Part shown: positions 48,189 through 57,576 of the stretch, in pieces
How the letters are laid out: each line of letters begins with the position of its first letter
How positions within the stretch are numbered: position 1 is the first letter of the stretch
Source of the DNA: Bacteroidales bacterium
GTDB taxonomy: Bacteria; Bacteroidota; Bacteroidia; Bacteroidales; Paludibacteraceae
Reading direction: 5' to 3'
Length of the DNA stretch: 64,000 bases
Assembly: GCA_021371875.1 (NCBI GenBank)
Contig: JAJFVH010000135.1
Span: 10,282 to 74,281 of the forward strand
Program-made: the position numbers and the translations under genes
Notes under the pieces: model-generated
Databases searched by the model: none
Told to the model about the DNA's origin: nothing
Seen by the model: only the letters and a program-made list of their open reading frames with translations

Positions 48189-49208
48189 ATGGATACTTCA
48201 TTAATACAACAATATACAGCCAAGGATTTTAAAAGCGATCAATATGTTCGCTGGTGTCCGGGCTGCGGCGATTATGCCGTGCTGAACACTTTGCAAAAAG
48301 TGATGGCAGAGCTTGGCGTTCCGCCTCACGAAACTGCGGTTATTTCCGGTATCGGTTGCTCATCGCGTTTGCCTTATTATATTTCCGGTTACGGATTTCA
48401 CTCTATCCACGGACGTGGGGCCGCAGTGGCAACAGGCGTGAAAGTTGCCAATCCTAAACTTACCGTGTGGCAGATTACGGGCGATGGCGACTGCCTGGCT
48501 ATCGGTGGAAACCATTTTATTCACAGTGTGCGTCGCAATGTGGATATCAATGTGTTGCTTTTTAATAACCAGATTTACGGGTTGACAAAAGGACAATATT
48601 CACCTACAACTAAAAAAGGTTACGTAACCAAGTCGTCGCCGTTTGGTACCATAGAACGGCCTTTCCGTCCCGCAGAACTTACTTTCGGGGCACGCGGAAC
48701 CTTCTTCGGACGGCTACTCGATGTGGATTTGAAATCATCGCAAATGACCATGTTAGCCGCGGCGAAACACAAAGGAACTTCGGTGGTCGAAACACTTGTG
48801 AACTGCGTAATTTTCAATGATGGAGCGCATAGCTGGCTTTCGGAAAAAGAAACACGTTACGACAGAATTATTATTCTGGAACATGGCAAGCCCATGATTT
48901 TCGGTAAAAATAGCGACAAAGGTCTCGTGCTCGATGGTTTTAACCTGAAAGTAGTTACGATTGGCGAAAATGGTGTGACCGAAAACGATATTTTGGTACA
49001 CGATGCACATTGTGAAGACACGACTTTGCAAATGAAGATTGCCATGATGGAGGGACCGGAATTTCCGGTAGCCATTGGCGTGATCAGGGATGTGGAAGCC
49101 GAAAGCTACGACGAAGCCATGACAAATCAAATAACAGAAATACAGGCAAAATCAAAAATCAAAACTTTCGACGATTTGATTGATTCCTGTGAACAGTGGG
49201 AAATGTAG
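48189..49208 (+). CDS. korB: 2-oxoacid:ferredoxin oxidoreductase beta subunit
   Basis: WCPGCGD, SGIGCSSR, GDGD...NN ThDP motif, YGLTKGQ. Confidence 0.9.
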   Translation: MDTSLIQQYTAKDFKSDQYVRWCPGCGDYAVLNTLQKVMAELGVPPHETAVISGIGCSSRLPYYISGYGFHSIHGRGAAVATGVKVANPKLTVWQITGDGDCLAIGGNHFIHSVRRNVDINVLLFNNQIYGLTKGQYSPTTKKGYVTKSSPFGTIERPFRPAELTFGARGTFFGRLLDVDLKSSQMTMLAAAKHKGTSVVETLVNCVIFNDGAHSWLSEKETRYDRIIILEHGKPMIFGKNSDKGLVLDGFNLKVVTIGENGVTENDILVHDAHCEDTTLQMKIAMMEGPEFPVAIGVIRDVEAESYDEAMTNQITEIQAKSKIKTFDDLIDSCEQWEM

Positions 49209-49224
49209 TTTCTTAAACAATTAA

Positions 49225-49273
49225 CAAACCAGAAATCCGGTACAAATTGACTTTGTATCGGATTTCTGGTTTG
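49225..49273 (+). terminator. terminator after korAB
   Basis: CAAACCAGAAATCCGGTACAAA-TTGAC-TTTGTATCGGATTTCTGGTTTG long stem. Confidence 0.75.
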
Positions 49274-49543
49274 AAAAGGATGGGGACTGTTTACTCAAAT
49301 GATGAGTAGCTGTAATGGGTCTGGCAACCATTCACCATTCGATTAATTCTTACGGGTAGAGGAAAATGTAATACTGAATCATTTCTGCAAACAAATCCAT
49401 TTATTGGTATTGGGTTAATGTCGGAACGTCGTGAAAACAAGAATTAATTCTACAAATATAAAGATTTAAGCCCTTTGTATTAATTAATTGATTATCTTTG
49501 TTGTTGAAAAACTTTGAATTGTCTATAAATGGTATATTTATTC

Positions 49544-49582
49544 AAAACAGAGTGCTTGTTGAACACAGGCACTCTGTTTTTT
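49544..49582 (+). promoter_or_regulatory. terminator-like hairpin in the 5' leader of the beta-eliminating lyase (possible attenuator)
   Basis: AAAACAGAGTGC...GCACTCTGTTTTTT lies between the -7 box TATCTTTG (49493-49500) and ATG 49635. Confidence 0.55.
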
Positions 49583-49634
49583 GGACAAATTCAAAATATA
49601 AATCAACCCATAAATCATTTTTTTTGTAATAGCT

Positions 49635-51083
49635 ATGCAAGAAATCAAATTTTACAGCGGCGAAAATCTGCCGCTGGAATTGCACAAAGTGCGTATTGTG
49701 CAAAAACTTCATCTCGTTCCTATCGAACGCCGTCTCGAAGCTCTTTACGAAGGAGGCTTCAACACTTTCCGGCTCAGTACCCGGGATGTTTTTCTGGATA
49801 TGTTGACCGACTCAGGCACCAATGCTATGAGTGACAACCAATTGGCAGCTATGATGCAGGCCGATGATGCTTATGCGGGTTCACAAAGTTTTGAACGTCT
49901 GCAGAAAGCAGTTGAAGAGGTATTGGGCAAAAAATATTTGCTCCCCGTTCATCAGGGACGTGCTGCCGAGAATATTATTTCAGTGGCTTATGTGCACAAA
50001 GGAAGTTTAGTCCCAATGAATTATCACTTCACCACCGCCATGGCACATATTACCGACAAAGGCGGACAAATTGTGGAATTGCTTTACGACGAAGCTTATG
50101 TAATAAACTCCAGCCATCCTTTTAAAGGGAACATGAATATTGAAAAACTCGAAGAAGTGATCAATTACCATGGTCCCAAAAACATTCCGTTTATCCGCAT
50201 GGAAGCGTCGACCAACCTGATTGGAGGCCAGCCGTTCTCGGTGCAGAACCTGCGCGATGTTCGTGCATTGGCCGATAAATATGAAATCCGTCTGGTGCTC
50301 GACTGCAGTTTGTTGGGTGAAAATGCTTACCTCGTACTGCAACGCGAAGAAGAGTTTAAAAACTCGAATATGGAAACCGTTATCAAAACAATGACCGGCT
50401 TGGCCGATTTGTGCTACTTTTCGGCGCGAAAACTCAGTTCTTCGCGTGGTGGCGGTATTTGCACCGACCGTATGGAAATTTTCAGGGAGCTTGAAGCATT
50501 TGTGCCTTTGTACGAAGGTTTTCTGACTTACGGAGGAATGTCAATCCGCGAAGTGGAAGCCATGGCAGTCGGCTTGTACGAAACATTGGATGAAACTATG
50601 ATCAGTCAAAGTCCATCTTTTATTAAATACCTTGTCGATTCACTCGATAAAAAAGGAATTCCAATGATTAAACCGGCCGGAGTATTAGGCGCTCACGTGG
50701 ACGCCATGCAAATGTGTGCGCATATCCCGCAAACACAATATCCCGCAGGGGCTTTGGCAGCGGCATTATTCCTCGTTTCGGGAGTTCGTGGCATGGAACG
50801 CGGTTCGATATCGAACCAGCGCGACGAGTATGGCAACGAAACTTATGCTGATATGGAATTGCTTCGCCTGGCCGTACCGCGACGTGTTTTCACTTTGTCG
50901 CAAATCAAATATGTCGAAGACCGCCTTACCTGGTTATATGATAACCGTCATCTGATTGGCGGATTGAAATTCGTTTACGAACCGCCGGTGTTGCGTTTCT
51001 TTATGGGAGGACTCGAACCTACTTCCGACTGGCCGCAAAAGCTGATGGCTAAGTTCAGGGAAGATTTTGGAGATAGCCTTTAA
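49635..51083 (+). CDS. PLP-dependent beta-eliminating lyase, tryptophanase / tyrosine phenol-lyase family (TPL-like active site)
   Basis: DMLTDSGT, DDAYAGS, HQGRAAE, GGQP.S, PLP lysine FSARK, EGFLTYGG, RLAVPRRV, LRFF. Confidence 0.88.
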   Translation: MQEIKFYSGENLPLELHKVRIVQKLHLVPIERRLEALYEGGFNTFRLSTRDVFLDMLTDSGTNAMSDNQLAAMMQADDAYAGSQSFERLQKAVEEVLGKKYLLPVHQGRAAENIISVAYVHKGSLVPMNYHFTTAMAHITDKGGQIVELLYDEAYVINSSHPFKGNMNIEKLEEVINYHGPKNIPFIRMEASTNLIGGQPFSVQNLRDVRALADKYEIRLVLDCSLLGENAYLVLQREEEFKNSNMETVIKTMTGLADLCYFSARKLSSSRGGGICTDRMEIFRELEAFVPLYEGFLTYGGMSIREVEAMAVGLYETLDETMISQSPSFIKYLVDSLDKKGIPMIKPAGVLGAHVDAMQMCAHIPQTQYPAGALAAALFLVSGVRGMERGSISNQRDEYGNETYADMELLRLAVPRRVFTLSQIKYVEDRLTWLYDNRHLIGGLKFVYEPPVLRFFMGGLEPTSDWPQKLMAKFREDFGDSL

Positions 51084-51113
51084 ATTAGTTGGCAATTTAT
51101 AGCCGATAGCGAT

Positions 51114-51158
51114 AACAAATCACCGGATGGGTTTTTTCATCCGGTGATTTGTTTTTGT
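51114..51158 (+). terminator. terminator after the lyase gene
   Basis: AACAAATCACCGGATG-GGTTTTTT-CATCCGGTGATTTGTTTTT. Confidence 0.8.
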
Positions 51159-51208
51159 TTTCGTTTGATAATTTATCATTAACTTTGTAGCCGGAATTGA
51201 TTTAAAGT

Positions 51209-51712
51209 ATGGAAAGAATTTTTTTAATCGGATATATGGGCTCGGGGAAAACATGCATGGGTAAGATGCTGGCTCAACAACTGAATTATGTTTTTGTGGA
51301 TATGGATGCGCAGATCGAAAAAAAATATCACAAAGCCGTTTCTCAGATTTTTGCTGAAATGGGCGAAGATAAATTCAGGGAAATTGAGCGTGAATGTTTG
51401 CATGAAGTAGCCGATTTTGAAAGAACTGTCATTTCAACCGGTGGTGGAGCGCCCTGTTTTTTCGATAACATGGACTATATGAATTCACAGGGTTTTACCG
51501 TGTATTTAAAACTTACTCCTGAACAATTAGTTACGCGCCTCGAATTGTCGCGCGCCGGGAAACGTCCTTTGCTTGGCAATCGAAAAGGCGAAGACTTGCG
51601 TCTTTTCATTGAAGAAGGACTTGTTGCCCGCGAGCCGTTTTATTCGCAGGCCCAACTTATTGTGAGCGGAACCGATGAAGAAATGATGAAGCAAGTTGCC
51701 CGAATTGCTTAA
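51209..51712 (+). CDS. aroK: shikimate kinase
   Basis: LIGYMGSGKT, FREIE, STGGG, RPLL; -7 box TAACTTTG at 51180-51187. Confidence 0.95.
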   Translation: MERIFLIGYMGSGKTCMGKMLAQQLNYVFVDMDAQIEKKYHKAVSQIFAEMGEDKFREIERECLHEVADFERTVISTGGGAPCFFDNMDYMNSQGFTVYLKLTPEQLVTRLELSRAGKRPLLGNRKGEDLRLFIEEGLVAREPFYSQAQLIVSGTDEEMMKQVARIA

Positions 51713-51769
51713 AGCGGGTACGTTTTTTTGATGTAAAACAGTAAAAAGCAGCTTCTGTTTCTTCAATTT

Positions 51770-53119
51770 TCACGATGCTTGAACAATCTGAATGATTTGT
51801 TCGTGTAAAAACCTTGTTTCTATCAGGATTTGAGAATTTTGATGTTGTAATTTTCGATAGCGGACTTTAGCAAGCAACTTTTTATAACTTTTATACCACA
51901 GAAAAGAAAGTTTTCCGAAAATGTATTGTAAAGGAATAATAATGATAAGATTCCACAAATCGCCATTAAATTTTTTATAAATCATAATTCCTTGGAAGAG
52001 ATAGAATATAGGAAACGAAAACATTCCCAAGCCAAAACGTACAGAACTGACGCCGCCTGGGAAATTTATCTTGAATAATTTCCGGATTGCATCGGGTGTA
52101 AAGAAAGGAAACATATTGAGGATAAATCCTATAACAAAAACAGGTAAGGTTACTAATAGCAACAGACCTGTTAATAATAAATGTTTAACTTTATACGTTT
52201 TTTTCTCTAATACCCACGAATGCAGATTTAGTTTTTTCATATTTTCTTTATATTCCGCGCAAAGAGTATCCAATCGCTCAGTGATTTCATGTTTTTTACT
52301 TTCCAATGTTATCAATCGCTCTGCAATTTTCTGACGGGCAAAAAAACGGGAAAGAGATTTGTCGGGGAGTTTATACTTGCTGGCAATCGCAGCGTTGGCC
52401 ACTTCGGTAGCTGTTTCGAAGCAATCATAATGTTTTTCCGTGTCCAAATGAAGAGTCAGCCCAATCAGGTCGTCGCGTAATCGGTCGCGGATTTGATTCG
52501 TGGCGTTCACCGGATTTACGTTGTATTCAGCCATATAATCCGATACTTCAATTGGTTTTCCGATATTGATAATAATATGCTTTCCATATTTTTCAAAATC
52601 TTCGTAATCGATCCCTATCGGTACAATTTTCACACTGGGTTGCGTGTCGTATTTTTGTTGCGCGGTAAAAGCAATACGGAATATTCCTTTTACCAACGGG
52701 CGAAGCTTGCGAGACCCGCTCTGAATCCCTTCGGGCATGATACCAAGGGCTTTGTTGTGATCCAGCACATCCACGCATTGTTCGAAAATGCCATGGTTTT
52801 TTTCTAAATTTCCCACCCCGTCGCGCATACGAAAAGCCGGCAGGATTTTAAAAAAACGAAGCATTTTGGCTATAGTTTTATTTTTAAAATAATCGGCCCG
52901 AGCTAAATAGACGATTGGCACCTTGTGGGGAAGTGTTGATATAACAGCCAGCGCATCCATCAAGGCATTCAAATGATTGGATGCAAAAATAACAGGGCCT
53001 TCTTCGGGGATATTCTCGCGTCCATTGACGATATATTCGCCGTAAAATCGTTTGAAAGTAAAAAGAACATATCTTCTTACCAAACTGTATGATCGTTTAA
53101 AATCGTAGATATTTGACAT
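51770..53119 (-). CDS. glycerolipid acyltransferase (PlsC family) with C-terminal TM region
   Basis: NHLNALMD (HX4D), MPEG, IVPIGI; C-terminal hydrophobic helices. Confidence 0.88.
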   Translation of the reverse strand: MSNIYDFKRSYSLVRRYVLFTFKRFYGEYIVNGRENIPEEGPVIFASNHLNALMDALAVISTLPHKVPIVYLARADYFKNKTIAKMLRFFKILPAFRMRDGVGNLEKNHGIFEQCVDVLDHNKALGIMPEGIQSGSRKLRPLVKGIFRIAFTAQQKYDTQPSVKIVPIGIDYEDFEKYGKHIIINIGKPIEVSDYMAEYNVNPVNATNQIRDRLRDDLIGLTLHLDTEKHYDCFETATEVANAAIASKYKLPDKSLSRFFARQKIAERLITLESKKHEITERLDTLCAEYKENMKKLNLHSWVLEKKTYKVKHLLLTGLLLLVTLPVFVIGFILNMFPFFTPDAIRKLFKINFPGGVSSVRFGLGMFSFPIFYLFQGIMIYKKFNGDLWNLIIIIPLQYIFGKLSFLWYKSYKKLLAKVRYRKLQHQNSQILIETRFLHEQIIQIVQAS

Positions 53120-53558
53120 CTTTAGTCGTTAATTAGTTGTTTTTTATGAACCGGCATATACATCTTGCCTCCAATTTTACTGATTAAATGACAAATGAAA
53201 GAATTAAGTTCTCGATTCCCAATTAATTAGTATATGGAAAGTAAAAGGTGTAATGCAATAAAATATTAAGTTTAATATTCACTTTGCGAAAGTAACGATA
53301 TTTTTGCGGAAATATCTATTTTTTATATTAAAAAATGTGATTTATCAGTTTTGTACATCGGTTATTCGGTTGCTGAATATGGGTTTGGACACAATTTTTT
53401 GTGTCGGGCTCTTCAATAATTTGATCTGCTTGCGTGTTGATCTGCCTGTTTTTTTGTGCTGAATATCTGCGAATGACTTGAATCGGCGATCCGGTGTTTT
53501 TCATCCGGTTTAAGAATTGCCGTTTCTTAATTCTTTCTTACCTTTGCAGTAAGTAAAA

Positions 53559-56018
53559 ATGAAATACATCGACGTCATAGTACCATTGCCTTTGGGCGGA
53601 ACGTTCACTTATTCGGTGCCGGATGAGTGGGCGGATGCCGTGCGTATCGGCATGCGTGTGGTGGTGCCGTTTGGCAAAAAGAAGATGTACACGGCCATTG
53701 TGTCGATCATTCATACGCACAAACCCGAACTGCTTTATGAGCTGAAGGATGTGATATGCCTGCTCGACAACCAGCCTGTGTTGCGCTATCCGCAGTTGAA
53801 ATTTTGGGAATGGATAGGCGCTTATTATCAGGCTTATCCTGGCGATGTGTATCAGGCGGCTGTTCCGTCCGGATTAAAGCTCGAAAGCGAAACCCGGGTG
53901 TGTATCAATCCAGATTTTGAAGCCGAACAGATACTTTCGGAAAAAGAACAACGTATTCTGGATGCGCTTTCGGACGGAAAACCTGTGAACGTGGCGGAAT
54001 TGAACAAAGTGACCGAAATACGCGACGTGCTACCCACGCTTAAAATCCTGCTCGAAAAAGGAGCGGTGGAAGTGAACGAGGAACTGACGGAGAAATTCCG
54101 TGCCAAAACCGACACTTTTGTTCGCCTGAGCGAAGATGCCCGCCGCGAAGAAAACCTGCGGCGTATTTTCGACGAACTCGGTCGTGCCAAAAAACAATTG
54201 GATGCATTGATGATGTATATTGATCTGTCGAAATGCCTCATCCCTGCAAAACAACGCGAAGTTTCACGCAAAGAATTACTCGAAAAGTCGGGTGCATCTC
54301 CTGCAGTGCTTGCAGCGCTGGTGGAACGCGGCGCTTTGGAAACTTATGTGAAAGAAATCGGACGGTTGGACATTTCGGACTTACAAACCAATGCCGTGTA
54401 TGCACTGAACGAATTTCAGCAAACAGCTTTGAGCAATATTGAAAAGCAATTTAAAGAAAAGCCGGTGGTGTTGCTCCACGGAGTGACATCGAGCGGTAAA
54501 ACGGAGATTTATATACACCTGATACAAAAAGTGTTGGATGAAGGGAAGCAGGTGTTATATCTTGTTCCTGAAATTGCGTTGACTACTCAGCTTACCTCGC
54601 GGCTTAAGCGCGTATTTGGCAAACGGCTGGGCGTTTACCACTCAAAATTCTCGGATGCCGAGCGTGTGGAGATATGGAACAATGTGCTGAATGATAAAAG
54701 TTACGATGTGATCATTGGCGTTCGTTCTTCCATTTTCCTTCCTTTCCGACAATTGGGACTGGTGATAGTGGACGAAGAACACGAATCGAGCTATAAGCAA
54801 TACGATCCGGCGCCGCGTTACCATGCCCGCAATGCAGCCATTGTGCTGGCCTCGATGCATGGCGCCAAAACTTTGCTGGGAACTGCCACGCCTTCCATCG
54901 AAAGCTATTTTAATGCCGAAACCGGCAAATACGGTTTGGTAGAACTGCATCAACGACACGAAGAAATGCAGTTGCCCGAAATTGTAGTGGTCGACACCAA
55001 AGAAGCCTACCATAAAAAACGAATGGAAGGACATTTTTCGGATGTTTTGATAGAGAAAATAGCAAAGGCGCTCGGCAACAACGAGCAAATCATTCTTTTT
55101 CAGAACCGACGGGGTTATGCGCCTTACATCGAATGTAAAGGCTGTGCTTATGTGCCGAAATGCAAAAACTGCGATGTGAGTCTGACGGTGCATAAAGTTT
55201 TCAATACGCTTACCTGCCACTATTGCGGCTATACCGAACCGATCCCTACCATTTGTCCGGTTTGTAAAACGCCGAATCTGAATACAAAAGGCTTTGGAAC
55301 GGAGAAGATAGAGGACGAGATACGGCATATTTTCCCCGACGCCCGCGTGAGCCGGATGGACTTAGATACAACGCGCTCGAAAAAATCGTATGAAAAGCTG
55401 ATTACCGACTTCGAACATCGCAAAGTGGATATATTGATCGGGACGCAAATGGTAACCAAGGGACTCGATTTTGAACATGTAAGTCTGGTAGGCATTCTGA
55501 ATGCGGATAATATGTTGAATTTCCCCGATTTCCGCGCTCACGAGCGGGCCTATCAGTTGATGGCACAGGTAAGCGGACGTGCCGGACGAAAAAACAAACG
55601 CGGACTGGTAGTGTTGCAGACATCGCAACCCGAACACACGGTGATAGGACAGGTGATACGCAATGATTATGCCGCCATGTATAAACTTCAGACCGAAGAA
55701 CGCAAACAATTCAAATATCCGCCCTATTTCCGCATGATTCAGGTCACGTTACGGCACAAAGATGTGAAGGTACTGCAACAAGCTGCTTTTACGCTCGCCG
55801 GCCAGCTTCGTGCTATTTTCGGTTCACGCGTTTTAGGCCCCATCGACCCGGTCGTTTCCCGGATTCAGAATCTGTTTATCAAACAAATTATTCTGAAAAT
55901 AGAAAACGAAGCTTCGCCGGCCAAAGCCAAGGAAATGCTGCAACATGCCAGCGATCAGTTGCTTACCCAGCCCCGGTTCAAATCGGTACGCATCGGACTG
56001 GATGTGGATCCGGTGTAG
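53559..56018 (+). CDS. priA: primosomal protein N' (replication restart helicase)
   Basis: LHGVTSSGKTE, VPEIALT, DEEHE, four CxxC pairs, QVSGRAGR, DVDP; -7 box TACCTTTG at 53539-53546. Confidence 0.97.
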   Translation: MKYIDVIVPLPLGGTFTYSVPDEWADAVRIGMRVVVPFGKKKMYTAIVSIIHTHKPELLYELKDVICLLDNQPVLRYPQLKFWEWIGAYYQAYPGDVYQAAVPSGLKLESETRVCINPDFEAEQILSEKEQRILDALSDGKPVNVAELNKVTEIRDVLPTLKILLEKGAVEVNEELTEKFRAKTDTFVRLSEDARREENLRRIFDELGRAKKQLDALMMYIDLSKCLIPAKQREVSRKELLEKSGASPAVLAALVERGALETYVKEIGRLDISDLQTNAVYALNEFQQTALSNIEKQFKEKPVVLLHGVTSSGKTEIYIHLIQKVLDEGKQVLYLVPEIALTTQLTSRLKRVFGKRLGVYHSKFSDAERVEIWNNVLNDKSYDVIIGVRSSIFLPFRQLGLVIVDEEHESSYKQYDPAPRYHARNAAIVLASMHGAKTLLGTATPSIESYFNAETGKYGLVELHQRHEEMQLPEIVVVDTKEAYHKKRMEGHFSDVLIEKIAKALGNNEQIILFQNRRGYAPYIECKGCAYVPKCKNCDVSLTVHKVFNTLTCHYCGYTEPIPTICPVCKTPNLNTKGFGTEKIEDEIRHIFPDARVSRMDLDTTRSKKSYEKLITDFEHRKVDILIGTQMVTKGLDFEHVSLVGILNADNMLNFPDFRAHERAYQLMAQVSGRAGRKNKRGLVVLQTSQPEHTVIGQVIRNDYAAMYKLQTEERKQFKYPPYFRMIQVTLRHKDVKVLQQAAFTLAGQLRAIFGSRVLGPIDPVVSRIQNLFIKQIILKIENEASPAKAKEMLQHASDQLLTQPRFKSVRIGLDVDPV

Positions 56019-56084
56019 GAAGCAACCATAATCACTTATTTAAAGCCTTTTACAACTAAAAAACGTTTATTTATATTGACAGCA

Positions 56085-56238
56085 AAAAATCATCGGTATC
56101 GTTCGGTCAACTCATCCCCGATCTATTTCAAAACGATAGGAGATGATTTTCAAAACGATAGGAGATGATTTTTAAAACGATAGGAAATGATTTTTAAAAT
56201 CATCGGAGATGTTTTTAAAAACGATAGATAATGAATTT
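56085..56238. repeat. 22-bp tandem repeat array (5 clear + 2 degenerate units)
   Basis: CAAAACGATAGGAGATGATTTT at 56129 and 56151 (identical), variants at 56173, 56195, 56217, degenerate units at 56085 and 56107; no spacers. Confidence 0.85.
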
Positions 56239-56259
56239 GCACAGCTATTGATTCGGACT

Positions 56260-56322
56260 TTGGGGGTAGTCGGGCTGCTGTAACACCGTTGCCTTTTCAC
56301 ATCATCGGGACTACACCCCCAA
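56260..56322. repeat. inverted repeat just downstream of the HU-like gene
   Basis: TTGGGGGTAGTC (56260-56271) and GACTACACCCCCAA (56309-56322). Confidence 0.6.
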
Positions 56323-56335
56323 GCTTTTCAAGGCG

Positions 56336-56719
56336 CTATTCTTTCTCGAATTTCAGATTATTGATCATTTCACGAATGTCGATTCCGGGGCGAAAGCTAA
56401 CTTTCACGCCATCAATCATTGCCTGATGGAATTTTTCCTCCGTTTCGGCTCCTTCGCTGGTGATACTTATCTGGAATGTGCCAAAATCGCCGAACCGTAC
56501 AATCTGCCCTTCGGATAAATGACGGTTCAGAAATTTGGTAAGGTCGTTCAAAACTGCCAATACATCCGTATCGCTCACTGTCGAGGAGTTTTCAGCAATC
56601 TCCTTACTGAGCTTTTTAAGAGTTACATCACCGGTACTTTTGGCTTGTGCATAAAATTTCTTAGGCGCTTCAGGATTCCCCGGATTACCTCTTTGTGTTA
56701 ATACATACTTTACTGCCAT
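56336..56719 (-). CDS. HU/IHF-related DNA-binding protein (Bacteroidetes HU_rel type)
   Basis: KKFYAQAKSTG, STVSDTDVLAVL, GQIVRFGDFGTFQI, VSFRPG. Confidence 0.88.
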   Translation of the reverse strand: MAVKYVLTQRGNPGNPEAPKKFYAQAKSTGDVTLKKLSKEIAENSSTVSDTDVLAVLNDLTKFLNRHLSEGQIVRFGDFGTFQISITSEGAETEEKFHQAMIDGVKVSFRPGIDIREMINNLKFEKE

Positions 56720-57070
56720 AATTGTTTACTTTTTTTTAATGAATACTATTGATAAACTGCCGACCCTCAATGGCAGACAGGTTGCAACGGTTGTAAAAAA
56801 AAACAACAAACCCGACAGCCGAAGTTGCACTTCAGTCCATCGGGTTAGATATATTAATATATAATGTGGATTTACAGCAACTTTCGCCCCACTCCATAAA
56901 TTATTTACATGAGTGGATATCAACAAACTCCGGTTGATACGAAAGCGCAAATCAGGCGTATAATTGTAAACGATCAACATAAACCAACAGGGATAAAATG
57001 TATCGAATCAATACGAACCGTTATTATAATCAGCGTAAACAAAGGCTTTTACAATTAACGACTTACGGCA

Positions 57071-57078
57071 CAAATATA
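57071..57078 (-). promoter_or_regulatory. -7 box (TATATTTG), ~350 nt upstream of the HU-like gene
   Basis: TAnnTTTG consensus on the minus strand. Confidence 0.45.
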
Positions 57079-57576
57079 AATCGTTCATCTTGAAGCAACA
57101 AATATATTGTCAATTAATTTTTATGTTTCGCAACAGATTTTTACAAACAATCGAATTTATAGTATTTATCTGGAAAAGTGTTATTACAAAGAAGTTATCA
57201 ACTTCGCCTTTCGTTTGCAAACAAAGTTAACCATCTACCTCCGAATACTATTTTTATCTTCAAGGTTTAGCATCTCGACCGCTTAAGTGTCGGCCCCGCC
57301 AAAACTTACACAATTAAAAACAAATCGCCCACCTTACTATCAAATCCGGATCGTACTTTTGTAGCATTTTAAATTTATGTTTATAAGTTTATCAAAAAGA
57401 AATACTTAAGAATACTCAATAAAAAAATCTACTGGTAATTATTATTTCGTTATTTTCAGCTTTTTCATGGGCGCAGTCAGTAACTCTCAACCCGGTTTAG
57501 AGCCCGAAGCCAGGACAAAAGACTGCACGTGGTTTTGTGCCTGGTTAAACGTTTTAACAGCTTCACGGAAAACAAC

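Noticed and set aside
49529-49834. 101-aa ORF overlapping the lyase start as a stand-alone protein gene
   Set aside because: Out-of-frame overlap with a conserved gene and no protein-like features; kept only as a possible leader.
54642-55709. Long antisense ORFs in priA, and similar shadow ORFs in the PUL, aceE, metH and korB
   Set aside because: They lie opposite well-conserved genes and show no motifs; expected from codon bias.
56085-56238. CRISPR array
   Set aside because: Repeats are directly adjacent with no unique spacers, and no cas genes are in the window.
56726-56980. 84-aa ORF upstream of the HU-like gene
   Set aside because: No recognisable family, and it runs through hairpins and an A-tract; more likely an untranslated leader.
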